This document shows, piece by piece, positions 10,014 through 19,139 of a stretch of DNA of 64,000 bases. Position numbers and translations under genes: made by a program. The stretch is from contig CACIOK010000002.1 in the NCBI GenBank assembly GCA_902588255.1, positions 6,258 to 70,257 on the forward strand, read 5' to 3'. The notes beneath the pieces are model-generated. The model did not search any database. It had not been told where the DNA came from and saw nothing but the letters and a program-made list of their open reading frames with translations. Numbering within the stretch: the stretch's first letter is position 1; every line of letters starts with the position of its first letter. The DNA is from an uncultured Pelagibacteraceae bacterium. Lineage in GTDB: Bacteria > Pseudomonadota > Alphaproteobacteria > Pelagibacterales > Pelagibacteraceae.

Positions 10014-10361
10014 ATGAAAAGTACAAAAGCTTTGCTAGAGTTTTGGGAAGAACAGATGAAGCAGTCTCACACTTCAAGTAATTTTTTTTTTAGAAAGTCA
10101 CCTTCTCACTACCATATGATGCTTATAATCATGGCATATTATAAACAAAATATGCCTATAACTGTAGAAGAGTTAAAAACAAAACTTTTCAAAACTTCGA
10201 GACCAAAATCTGCATTAATAATTAACGAAGCTTGTGAAAAAGGTTTTTTTTATTTACAAAAAACAGCAGAGGATCAAAGAAAAAAAAATATCAAGCCAAC
10301 TGAAAGTTTTGTAGAAGAATTCGAAAATTATCTTAAAAAGTTAAGAGAGATATCTCTTTAA
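10014..10361 (+). CDS. Small putative winged-helix (MarR-like) protein
   Basis: 115 aa abutting the tdm stop; ITVEELK..SRPKSALIINEACEKGF..EDQRKKNI resembles a MarR HTH plus DxR wing. Confidence 0.55.
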   Translation: MKSTKALLEFWEEQMKQSHTSSNFFFRKSPSHYHMMLIIMAYYKQNMPITVEELKTKLFKTSRPKSALIINEACEKGFFYLQKTAEDQRKKNIKPTESFVEEFENYLKKLREISL

Positions 10362-13048
10362 CCGGTATTCTTCATCGCCGCAGATATACCTGCTATCGAT
10401 GTCATCATTGCATCATTAAGATATTTCTTATCATTAGATTTGAATTTTTTCTTTAATAATTTATTCATAACTACGGCTTGCAATATATTTAAAACTTCGG
10501 AATAAATGTCTCTAACTAGGACTGTTGTTCTAAATTTTTTTCTTTGATTTATTATTTCCTGTGGAGTTATGTATCTATTTAATTTTTTAATCATGCTAAA
10601 CTCTGATCTAAGTTTCTCTCCTACTTCTATTAATTTTTTATCAGCAAGAGCGTTTTCATAAACTTCTGATATCTCTGGGTCAACTTTTGAAATAACCATA
10701 TCTAAAATATCCATTGTAGAATTGAAAAATGGCCAATTTTTTTCCATATCAGTGAGAGTAGTTTTATGTTTTTTTACTGAAGAATATTTTAAGGCATCGC
10801 CAGTTCCCAACCAAGCTGGTAACATTAATCTTATTTGCGTCCATGCAAATACCCAAGGTATTGCTCTTAAGCTTTGGATGTTATCTACATTTTTTCTTTT
10901 AGAGGGTCGTGATCCTATTGATAATTTTCCAAGAGCTAAGTGAGGTGTAACAGTTTTAAAATATCTTATAAAATCTGAGTTCTCGTTTATATTTTTTCTA
11001 TAAGCTAAAGTAGAAATTTTTGTCATTTTTTCTATTAATTTTCTCCAACTATCTTTAGGTTGTGGTGGTGGGTTTAGAGTAGCCTCCATTATAGATCCTA
11101 TGTAACTACATAAATTATATTTTGCTAGAGGTTCGTAACCATATTTTTGTTGTATCATTTCTCCCTGGTCAGTAATTCTAATACGACCATATACCGAATT
11201 TGGAGGTTGAGATCTCATCGTTGCTTGAATTGGTCCACCACCCCTTCCAGCTGAACCTCCTCTGCCATGAAAAAAAGTAAGATTAATTTTATATTTTTTT
11301 GCGATAGTTAAAACTTCTTCTTGAAGCTTATATTGATGCCAGCTAGCAGATAATTTTCCAGCATCTTTGCTAGAGTCTGAATAACCAATCATAATTTCTT
11401 GATTGTTTTTGATTAATTTTCTGTACCACTTTAATGAAAAAAGTTTTTCCATAATAGATTTTGCATTTTTTAAATCCTGCAAAGTTTCAAAAAGTGGAAC
11501 TACTCGTAATTTATTTTTAATATTTGCCTGCATTTGCATTAAATAAACTGCTAAGACATCTGAAGCTGCTGAAGTCATTGATATTACATAAGCACCCAAA
11601 CATTCTGATGGCTCATCAGCTAAAATCTTAAAAGTTGACCAAACTTCTTTATTTTCTTTATTTTTAAAATTAAAATTTTTGAAAATTTTTTTATTTTTCT
11701 TCATTTCATTTACTAAATATTTAATTTTTTTATTCTCATCCCAATTTAAATAATTAGATTTATTTTTTTTCTTTACATATTCTGCTAATAATTGTGAATG
11801 CCTTGATGACTCTTGTCTTATATCCAATTTTGCTAAATTTATACCAAAGCATTTAGCTCGTCTCATTAAATCGAGCAACTCACCGCTTGCAATATTTTCA
11901 CTTTGGTTTTTCTCTAATGACTCTCTTACAACTCTTAAAGGTTTTAAAATTTCCTCTTTAGAAGATAAAAGTTTTTTTTGATCTAGTGGTTTTTTTGCTA
12001 CTAAATGTCTTTCTATTAATCTATGCGTCTTTCTCATTTCATCTCTTAATGGTCTTAAATAAACTCTATAAGGTTCAAAAGTTTTTCCGGTAGTTTTAAG
12101 AATTTTTTTTGAACATTTTTCCATTGAAAGTCCTCTAATTAATTTTGTTAATTCTTTCTCGTAAAGTTTTGCTGCTTCCCACCTTGATAAAAGTATTACT
12201 TCTTTAGTAATGGCTGCTGTTACATTTGGGTTGCCGTCTCTATCTCCTCCCATCCAAGATCCAAATTCAATTGGATTAAAATTTTTAGGTAAACCTCTTC
12301 CCATATGTTTTACGAAAATAGCATTTAATCTCCTATAAACTTTTGGAATCGTTTCCCAAAGACTATCTTCAATTACTGCTAATCCCCATCTTGCTTCCTC
12401 AGCTGGAGTAGGTTTAAATCTTTTTAAATCGTCAGTATTCCAAATAATTGTAAACTCATCATAAAGTTTTTTATCCAAAATTTTTAAACGCGATTGTTTA
12501 TCCTTCAGAAGATCTCTTTGATCCATTATCTCAGTTATTTTATGGTATTTTTGTATTAAAGTTCTTCTTTTAACTTCAGTTGGATGAGCTGTAAGAACTA
12601 TCCCGATATGAAGATTTTTTGCAATATTATAAATTTTTTGAGGTTTAATTTTTTTGTTTTTAAAAAAATTTTCGAAAATTTCTTCAATGAAAATATTCTT
12701 ATGTTTGTCTTTCAGGCCAGAATTTTCAAATTCATCTAATTTTCTAGAGGCATCTATAGATTCACTAAGATTAATAAAATTCATAAAATGAGTAAATGCT
12801 CTTGCTAATTTAAATATTTTGATTGGTTTAAGTCTTTGAATTTCTGAAGTAATTTTATTAAATCTATTTTTATTATTTTTATTTTTAATGTTTGCTTTTG
12901 ATAGCAATCTTATTCTCTCTACTAAATTAAAAAAACTTTCTCCCTCCTGTTTTTTTATTACTCTACCTAAAATATTTCCCAAGTATCGAACGTCATCTCT
13001 CAAAGATTTTGTGGGTATTCTTTCGTAATAGAGGTCTCTTTTTAGCAT
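10358..13048 (-). CDS. ppc: Phosphoenolpyruvate carboxylase
   Basis: Catalytic motifs VLTAHPTE, GSWMGGDRDGNP, IMIGYSDSSKDAG, FHGRGGSAGRGG, LRAIPWVF and C-terminal MKNTG. Confidence 0.97.
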   Translation of the reverse strand: MLKRDLYYERIPTKSLRDDVRYLGNILGRVIKKQEGESFFNLVERIRLLSKANIKNKNNKNRFNKITSEIQRLKPIKIFKLARAFTHFMNFINLSESIDASRKLDEFENSGLKDKHKNIFIEEIFENFFKNKKIKPQKIYNIAKNLHIGIVLTAHPTEVKRRTLIQKYHKITEIMDQRDLLKDKQSRLKILDKKLYDEFTIIWNTDDLKRFKPTPAEEARWGLAVIEDSLWETIPKVYRRLNAIFVKHMGRGLPKNFNPIEFGSWMGGDRDGNPNVTAAITKEVILLSRWEAAKLYEKELTKLIRGLSMEKCSKKILKTTGKTFEPYRVYLRPLRDEMRKTHRLIERHLVAKKPLDQKKLLSSKEEILKPLRVVRESLEKNQSENIASGELLDLMRRAKCFGINLAKLDIRQESSRHSQLLAEYVKKKNKSNYLNWDENKKIKYLVNEMKKNKKIFKNFNFKNKENKEVWSTFKILADEPSECLGAYVISMTSAASDVLAVYLMQMQANIKNKLRVVPLFETLQDLKNAKSIMEKLFSLKWYRKLIKNNQEIMIGYSDSSKDAGKLSASWHQYKLQEEVLTIAKKYKINLTFFHGRGGSAGRGGGPIQATMRSQPPNSVYGRIRITDQGEMIQQKYGYEPLAKYNLCSYIGSIMEATLNPPPQPKDSWRKLIEKMTKISTLAYRKNINENSDFIRYFKTVTPHLALGKLSIGSRPSKRKNVDNIQSLRAIPWVFAWTQIRLMLPAWLGTGDALKYSSVKKHKTTLTDMEKNWPFFNSTMDILDMVISKVDPEISEVYENALADKKLIEVGEKLRSEFSMIKKLNRYITPQEIINQRKKFRTTVLVRDIYSEVLNILQAVVMNKLLKKKFKSNDKKYLNDAMMTSIAGISAAMKNTG

Positions 13049-13120
13049 TTGGTATAAACTATTAATCTAAGATAATTATACTATACAATAATCTTTATGG
13101 TTAACTATTTGCTTTATATT

Positions 13121-14011
13121 TTAATTTTTACTATTTAAAGCTGATTTTACAGTTTCTCCCATTACTGAAGGGTTTTGTGAAATAGTAACTCCACATTCTT
13201 TTAAGAGTTCAACTTTTTCTACTGCGCTTTCTCCGTAGGCTGACACGATCGCTCCAGCATGTCCCATTACTCTACCCTTTGGGGCTGTTAATCCCGCTAT
13301 ATAAGCTATAACTGGTTTTTTCATATTTTCTTTAGCAAACTTTCCTGCTGCTACTTCTTGTGGTCCACCTATTTCTCCGATCATTAAAACTGCTTCCGTT
13401 TCATTGTCTTCTTCAAATTTTTCTAAAATATCTTTAAAAGAACTTCCATTAATAGGATCTCCTCCTATTCCTACACTTGTAGAGACTCCAATGTTTAAGT
13501 TTTTTAATTGTTGAGCAGCTTCATAACCAAGCGTACCTGATCTACCTATAATTCCTACTTTGCCTTCTTTGTATATATGGCCTGGCATTATACCTAACAT
13601 TGCTTTTCCAGGACTAATTATTCCAGCACAATTTGGACCAACAAGAGTCATTTTTTCTGTTCTAGAATATCTCCTCATATAACGTTTAATTTTAATCATG
13701 TCGTGTGATGGGATTCCATCAACAATTGCTACACACGTCTTAATCCCGGCATCAGCTGCTTCCATTGCGGAGTCTGCTGCAAAAGCAGGTGGAACAAATA
13801 AAATTGAAGCTGTTGCACCCGTACTTTTTACTGCTTCTTTAACAGTATTAAACACTGGTAAGTTTAAATGTTTCAATCCACCTTTTCCAGGTGTAACTCC
13901 CCCTACTACATTCGATCCATATTTTATCATTTCTTCGGCATGAAAAGATCCCATTTTTCCAGTAAAACCTTGAATAATAATTTTTGTTTTTTTATCTATT
14001 AAGACTGACAT
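13121..14011 (-). CDS. mtkB: Malate--CoA ligase (malate thiokinase) alpha subunit, SucD-like
   Basis: SucD fold (phospho-His MGHAGA) with MtkB-type KRYMRRY...GPNCAGIISPGKAMLGIMPGHIY and SGTLGYEA; operon with mcl. Confidence 0.85.
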   Translation of the reverse strand: MSVLIDKKTKIIIQGFTGKMGSFHAEEMIKYGSNVVGGVTPGKGGLKHLNLPVFNTVKEAVKSTGATASILFVPPAFAADSAMEAADAGIKTCVAIVDGIPSHDMIKIKRYMRRYSRTEKMTLVGPNCAGIISPGKAMLGIMPGHIYKEGKVGIIGRSGTLGYEAAQQLKNLNIGVSTSVGIGGDPINGSSFKDILEKFEEDNETEAVLMIGEIGGPQEVAAGKFAKENMKKPVIAYIAGLTAPKGRVMGHAGAIVSAYGESAVEKVELLKECGVTISQNPSVMGETVKSALNSKN

Positions 14012-14013
14012 TT

Positions 14014-15177
14014 TTATTTTCCTAAAGCTTTAACTGCTTTGTTAGCAGCATCCTCTAAAGTGTTGGCTTCTATATAGTTAATTTTACTTTCTTTTAAAAT
14101 TTTATTTCCTTTATCAACGTTTGTTCCAGCTAATCTAATCACCAGAGGAACTTTGATGTCTATTTTTTGTAATGCTTGAACTATTCCCTCTGCAACCCAA
14201 TCACATCTATTAATTCCTGCAAAAATATTAACTAGTATAACCTTAACTTTTTTATCCATTGATATTAATTTAAATGCTTTGACTATTTTTTCGGGGGTTG
14301 CCCCACCACCTACGTCTAAAAAGTTAGCTGGTTCTCCTCCAGCCAATTTAATCATGTCCATAGATGCCATAGCTAAGCCTGCACCATTAATTATATTTCC
14401 AATATTTCCGTCTAAACTTACATAGTTAAGACCCCTGTCTGATGCATAAACTTCATTGCTATTTTCTTGTGTTTTATCTCTTAACTCTGAAACTTGATTT
14501 CTTCTAAATAAGGCATTGTTATCAAAGCTCATTTTACAATCTAATGCAAGTATTTGATCTTGATTTGAAATAACTAATGGATTTACTTCTACCATGGTAG
14601 CATCTAATTCGCTGAATGCTCTGTAACATCCAATAATTGTTTCTGCCGCTCTTGCTATTAGTTTTGGCTCAATTTTTAATCCAAAGGCGATTTCTCTTGC
14701 TTGAAATTTTTGCATTCCAACAGCAACTTCAATTTTTGATCTTATAATAGTCTCTGGTTTTTTCTTAGAAATTTCTTCAACGCTCATTCCTCCCTCTGTT
14801 GATGCAACTACCATTATACTTTCTGAACTTCGATCAAATACTAGTCCTAGATATAACTCTTTTTTAATTTCTGTTGCTTCTTCTATGTAAACTCTATTTG
14901 TAATTTTTCCTTCTGGACCTGTTTGATTTGTGACTAATTTTTTACCAAGAAGTTTATCTGCTGCTTGAGCTACTTCTAGAGCGCTATTACAAACAATTAT
15001 TCCACCTGCTTTTCCTCTGGCTCCAGAATGAATTTGTGCTTTAACAACCCATTTAGATCCACCAAGTTCTCTAGCTTTATTTTCTGCATTCTCTGGACTG
15101 TAGACAATTCCACCTCTTGGAATTGTAACTCCAAATCCTGAAAGTATTTTTTTTGCTTGATACTCGTGAATATCCAT
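14014..15177 (-). CDS. mtkA: Malate--CoA ligase (malate thiokinase) beta subunit, SucC-like
   Basis: MDIHEYQAK, KAQIHSGARGKAGG, NGAGLAM and VNIFAGINRCDW (MtkA type; SucC normally reads NIFGGIVRCD/IMRCD). Confidence 0.87.
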   Translation of the reverse strand: MDIHEYQAKKILSGFGVTIPRGGIVYSPENAENKARELGGSKWVVKAQIHSGARGKAGGIIVCNSALEVAQAADKLLGKKLVTNQTGPEGKITNRVYIEEATEIKKELYLGLVFDRSSESIMVVASTEGGMSVEEISKKKPETIIRSKIEVAVGMQKFQAREIAFGLKIEPKLIARAAETIIGCYRAFSELDATMVEVNPLVISNQDQILALDCKMSFDNNALFRRNQVSELRDKTQENSNEVYASDRGLNYVSLDGNIGNIINGAGLAMASMDMIKLAGGEPANFLDVGGGATPEKIVKAFKLISMDKKVKVILVNIFAGINRCDWVAEGIVQALQKIDIKVPLVIRLAGTNVDKGNKILKESKINYIEANTLEDAANKAVKALGK

Positions 15178-15178
15178 T

Positions 15179-16117
15179 TTATTTATTTTGAATAAGTTTA
15201 TCTATATTTACAATATTTTCTGCCATACGTGCAGATGCTGCATCAATCATCCTTCCATCTAGTTGTGCAGCTCCTTTTCCTTCTTTTGCAGCTTTATCTA
15301 GTTCTTCAAGAATTCTTTTAGCTTTATTTACTTCAGATTCTGGTGGAGAAAAAACTTTATTTGCTAAATCAATTTGAGATGGATGTATTGCCCATTTGCC
15401 TTCAATCCCAATTGCAGCTGCTCTTTTTGCTGATGCTATATATGCATTGCTATCATTAAAATCTCCAAATGGTCCGTCGATCGCTCTTAAGCCGTAAGCT
15501 CTACATGTCATAACCAGTTTAGACAAACCGTGGTGCCATTGATCGCCGGGATAATCAGGATTTAATCCTCCTATCACTACTGTTCTTGCTCTTAAACTTG
15601 CAGCATAGTCTGCCACGCCAAAATGCAGAGCTTCTAATCTACTACTAGATTTTGCAATATCTTTTATATTCGACATTCCTAAAGCTGTTTCAATTAAACA
15701 TTCAATTCCTATTTTATTTTTTATTTTTTTATTAGCTTCAATTTGTGTTAACAAACAATCAACCATGTAAACATCACTGGCTGTACCTGCTTTTGGTACC
15801 AATATTGTATCTACTTTGTCGCCTGCCTCCTCTACAATTTCTACCAAATCTCGATACATATAATGAGTATCCAAACTATTAATTCTTACAGAAATAGTTT
15901 TTCCTTTCTCTTTCCAATTAATTTCTTTGAGTGCCTTAATAACATTTTGACGTGCAGGAATTTTATCGTTTGGGGAAACAGCATCTTCAAGATCTAAAAA
16001 AATATAGTCAGAATTTGAATTTAATGCTTTTTCAAACATTTTAGGTGATGACCCTGGCACTGCTAATTCACTTCTCTGCAACCTAGACTTTGCTGGTTTA
16101 TAAAATTTATGGCTCAT
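15179..16117 (-). CDS. mcl: L-malyl-CoA/beta-methylmalyl-CoA lyase
   Basis: RLQRSELAVPGS, FLDLEDAV, DTHYMYRD, LHFGVADYAAS, DGPFGDF, EGKWAIHPSQI, LDGRMIDAAS: Mcl clade of the CitE superfamily. Confidence 0.9.
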   Translation of the reverse strand: MSHKFYKPAKSRLQRSELAVPGSSPKMFEKALNSNSDYIFLDLEDAVSPNDKIPARQNVIKALKEINWKEKGKTISVRINSLDTHYMYRDLVEIVEEAGDKVDTILVPKAGTASDVYMVDCLLTQIEANKKIKNKIGIECLIETALGMSNIKDIAKSSSRLEALHFGVADYAASLRARTVVIGGLNPDYPGDQWHHGLSKLVMTCRAYGLRAIDGPFGDFNDSNAYIASAKRAAAIGIEGKWAIHPSQIDLANKVFSPPESEVNKAKRILEELDKAAKEGKGAAQLDGRMIDAASARMAENIVNIDKLIQNK

Positions 16118-16129
16118 AAAATAAGTATA
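16118..16129 (-). promoter_or_regulatory. Putative -10 box for a leaderless mcl-mtkA-mtkB transcript
   Basis: Minus strand TATACT (16129-16124), 6 nt, then the ATG of mcl; no SD upstream. Confidence 0.45.
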
Positions 16130-16255
16130 AATTTTTATATTAAGCTAAAAATACAAAAATTAAGGTATGATTTTTATATATACTTTTTAGATATTTAAAA
16201 AGAACTTTAATAAGTTTTTTTCTTTTGTTAGTGATTCAGGTAACAAATAGAATTT

Positions 16256-17584
16256 ATGTCAAATTTGCCAACTAAAGCTAAAGTAGTTATTATTGGTGGT
16301 GGAATTCACGGTCTAAGCACAGCTTGGAAATTATCTGAAACATATAAAAATCCTGGTGAAATTGTAGTCTTAGAAAAAAAAGATACTGCTGCTGGAGCAA
16401 GTGGAATAGCTTGTGGAGTTGTAAGAAACAATTATTTTCAACCCGCAATGAGAGAATTAATGGCTCATTCAGTAAGTGTTTGGGAAAGTGATCCAAAAGC
16501 TTTTAAATATAATGCCGTAGGATATATGCAAATTTCACCTGAAGTTATGCATAAAGATGTAGCTAGTATTTATGAACAACAAAAAGCTATAGGTTATGAT
16601 TCAGTTTTTATTGAAGGTGAAAAAGACTGCTCAAAGTACATGAAAGGAATTTTTGATGATTGGCAAGCAAAAGGGATTACATCTGTACTTCATGAAAAAA
16701 AAGGTGGATACGCTTTTAATAAAGACTCAATTAAAGCTTTAGAAAGTAAAGCAAACTCAAACGGGGTAAATGTACACAAAGGTGTTAAGGTAACAGGTTT
16801 CAAAAGAGGAAGTAATAGTAATGCAGTTACTGGAGTGGTAACTGATAAAGGTACTATAGAATGTGACCAAGTTGTTGTCGGTGCAGGTCCGTGGGTTAGA
16901 GATTTTTGGAATATGTTAGAACTTCCAAAAACTGCAGAAATTAAAGGACAAGATGGAAAAACACATGAAGTTGATATGTGGAAATATTGGTTTTTACAAG
17001 AAGGCGTTTTGGGAGTAGAAGCTGACTACTTAAGAACTAATGATGGTAAGCAACCGCCAGTGATTCATGTAGATACTGATGCTCCTTTATATTCAGATAA
17101 AGATAAGAAATTAATTACTGATAAATTGTGGGGTATATACTACAAACCTGATATTGAGGGTTTGGGTGTACAAGGTGGTACCTCACCCTATATAGTTCAA
17201 AAACATTTTGATAAAGTAAATGTTGATCCTTACGGTTTAGAGTCGCCGGAGTATCAAACAACAAACGAGTTTGCTGACATGTGGTCATCTGCTTTAGCTC
17301 ATTGTCAAAAAAGATTTGAAGGTAAATCTAATTTATACAGAAAAGGTCCGTCGGGTGGACTTGGATGTTTAACGCCAGATTCATTTCCAATTTTTGATAG
17401 ATTTTTTGAAAATGTATACATGATAGCAGACGCAAATCATGGTTACAAAATGATTGGTGTTGGACACTTGGTTGCGCAAGAAATTTTAGGTCAAGAAAGT
17501 AACTTATTAAAACCGTTTAGATTCAATCGATACGCGAAAGGGGAACTTCACCCCACTTCGAACAGTCCATTTCCTTGGAGTTAG
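16256..17584 (+). CDS. FAD-dependent amine oxidoreductase (DAO / sarcosine-oxidase-beta / MgdA-like)
   Basis: VIIGGGIHG, GASGIACGVVRNNY, VVVGAGPW, TPDSFPI, HGYKMIG; first gene of the N-methylglutamate run. Confidence 0.8.
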   Translation: MSNLPTKAKVVIIGGGIHGLSTAWKLSETYKNPGEIVVLEKKDTAAGASGIACGVVRNNYFQPAMRELMAHSVSVWESDPKAFKYNAVGYMQISPEVMHKDVASIYEQQKAIGYDSVFIEGEKDCSKYMKGIFDDWQAKGITSVLHEKKGGYAFNKDSIKALESKANSNGVNVHKGVKVTGFKRGSNSNAVTGVVTDKGTIECDQVVVGAGPWVRDFWNMLELPKTAEIKGQDGKTHEVDMWKYWFLQEGVLGVEADYLRTNDGKQPPVIHVDTDAPLYSDKDKKLITDKLWGIYYKPDIEGLGVQGGTSPYIVQKHFDKVNVDPYGLESPEYQTTNEFADMWSSALAHCQKRFEGKSNLYRKGPSGGLGCLTPDSFPIFDRFFENVYMIADANHGYKMIGVGHLVAQEILGQESNLLKPFRFNRYAKGELHPTSNSPFPWS

Positions 17585-17652
17585 TTTATCTAAGTAGACA
17601 GAAGTTTTTTTTTCAGTTACCTTTTTGGTCTTAAAATAGTTAAGAGGGAAAA

Positions 17653-19122
17653 ATGACAGATCTAGAAAAACATGTAAACCAACCAGGAAGAGATAAGCTA
17701 GTAAAAAAAGTTAGAGAAAAAATTAACGAATTAGGAATTACATACATTTATTATCAATTTATATCTGTAACTGGACGTGTTGTTGGTAAAGGAATTCCCG
17801 CAGACCATTGGGAAAGAACGGCGGAAAAAGGTTTTCAATTAGTTTATGGATCTACAGCAAACTTATTTGTAGACAGACACAAAAATTATATTGGTTACGG
17901 TCCTGAAGCTATGGAACTTGTTGGTATACCTGACCCGGAAACTTTCTGTCAATTACCGTGGGACAAAAGAATTGGAAGAGTTTTTGTAACTTGTTTTAGA
18001 AATAGAGAAGAAAGACAAAATCCAGGTGGTCATTTAACTTCTGATTGCAGAGGTAATTTGAAAATTTTTATGGATGAATTCCAGAAGAAACATGGTTTAG
18101 AATTAAGAGTTGGAACGGAACCTGAAATGATGTGGTTGACAAAAAATGCTGATGGAACTCCTACTGGAGAAGGTTTTTCTAAACCATATTGTTATCACAT
18201 TGATCAATTTGAGTCATTGAGACCTGTGTTTATGAAGGTAATTGAATACGCTTCTGCGATGGGTTTAGATATGATCCAGGGTGACCATGAAGATGCTCCA
18301 GGACAATTAGAATTAAACTGGACTTACGATAACGTTTTAAGAAACGCTGATAGACTTTCTACTTACAGACAAATTTGTGCTCAAGTAGCAAGAGAACATA
18401 ATTTAATAGCATGCTTTATGACTAAACCGTTTATGGGTGTGTCTGCAAGTGGTTGTCACACAAATATGTCCTTATGGAAAGGTGGAAAAGTTGTAACAAA
18501 CAAATTAGGTAATAAAAAATTACCCGGAGTTGAGGAAGTTTTTGGTTATGTTCAGGGAGGTACAAATACTTTTATGCCTGATACTAAAGATATGCAAATG
18601 CCAGGTAAAGTTGGTTTGCAGTCCATTGCTGGAATAATGGAACACTTGCCTGCTTTAACAGCTTTAGGATCTTCAACTGTCAATTCTTACAGAAGACTTT
18701 GGGATCAGGGTTTTTGGGCTCCAGTTTATGCTGATTGGGGATATCAAAACAGAACTTGTGGTTTAAGAGTTTCTGCTCCAGGAAGATTTGAGTATAGATC
18801 TGTAGACTCTATGCACAACCCATATCTGTTGGGCGCAGCATTATTAAAAGCTTGTGACCACGGTATTTCAAAAAATCTAAAACCATCAAAACCTGAGTCT
18901 AGAAGTATGTATGAGGCTAAAAAGGCTGGTAAAGATGTTAAGAAACTTCCATTAAGTCTAGGTGAAGCTTTAGATAGATTAGCAGAGGATGAGGTTATTA
19001 AATCTGCAATGCCAGACGAAATGTATAAAGTTTTCCATTGGTACAAAAATGATGAATGGGAAAAATTCTTAGGTGCTACCACGCAATGGGATCTTGATAC
19101 ATATTTAGATTGTTTACCATAA
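17653..19122 (+). CDS. Glutamine-synthetase-like gamma-glutamyl:amine ligase (not the canonical GmaS)
   Basis: GTEPE, HEDAPGQLE, FMTKP, NSYRRL, QNRT, FEYRSVD, NPYL present; ammonium-site motifs altered (VYGST for FDGSS; GFWAP for GYEAP). GAGGG RBS. Confidence 0.8.
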   Translation: MTDLEKHVNQPGRDKLVKKVREKINELGITYIYYQFISVTGRVVGKGIPADHWERTAEKGFQLVYGSTANLFVDRHKNYIGYGPEAMELVGIPDPETFCQLPWDKRIGRVFVTCFRNREERQNPGGHLTSDCRGNLKIFMDEFQKKHGLELRVGTEPEMMWLTKNADGTPTGEGFSKPYCYHIDQFESLRPVFMKVIEYASAMGLDMIQGDHEDAPGQLELNWTYDNVLRNADRLSTYRQICAQVAREHNLIACFMTKPFMGVSASGCHTNMSLWKGGKVVTNKLGNKKLPGVEEVFGYVQGGTNTFMPDTKDMQMPGKVGLQSIAGIMEHLPALTALGSSTVNSYRRLWDQGFWAPVYADWGYQNRTCGLRVSAPGRFEYRSVDSMHNPYLLGAALLKACDHGISKNLKPSKPESRSMYEAKKAGKDVKKLPLSLGEALDRLAEDEVIKSAMPDEMYKVFHWYKNDEWEKFLGATTQWDLDTYLDCLP

Positions 19123-19139
19123 TAAAAAAAAGGAAATAT

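Noticed and set aside
13121-15177. Calling the ligase pair sucCD (TCA succinyl-CoA synthetase)
   Set aside because: Motifs (NIFAGINRCDW, HSGARGKAGG, KRYMRRY, GTLGYEA) and the mcl/ppc context fit malate thiokinase; no mdh/sucAB neighbours.
15179-16117. Calling the gene citrate lyase beta (citE)
   Set aside because: RSELAVPGS, LHFGVADYAAS and GKWAIHPSQ fit malyl-CoA lyase; no citD/citF nearby.
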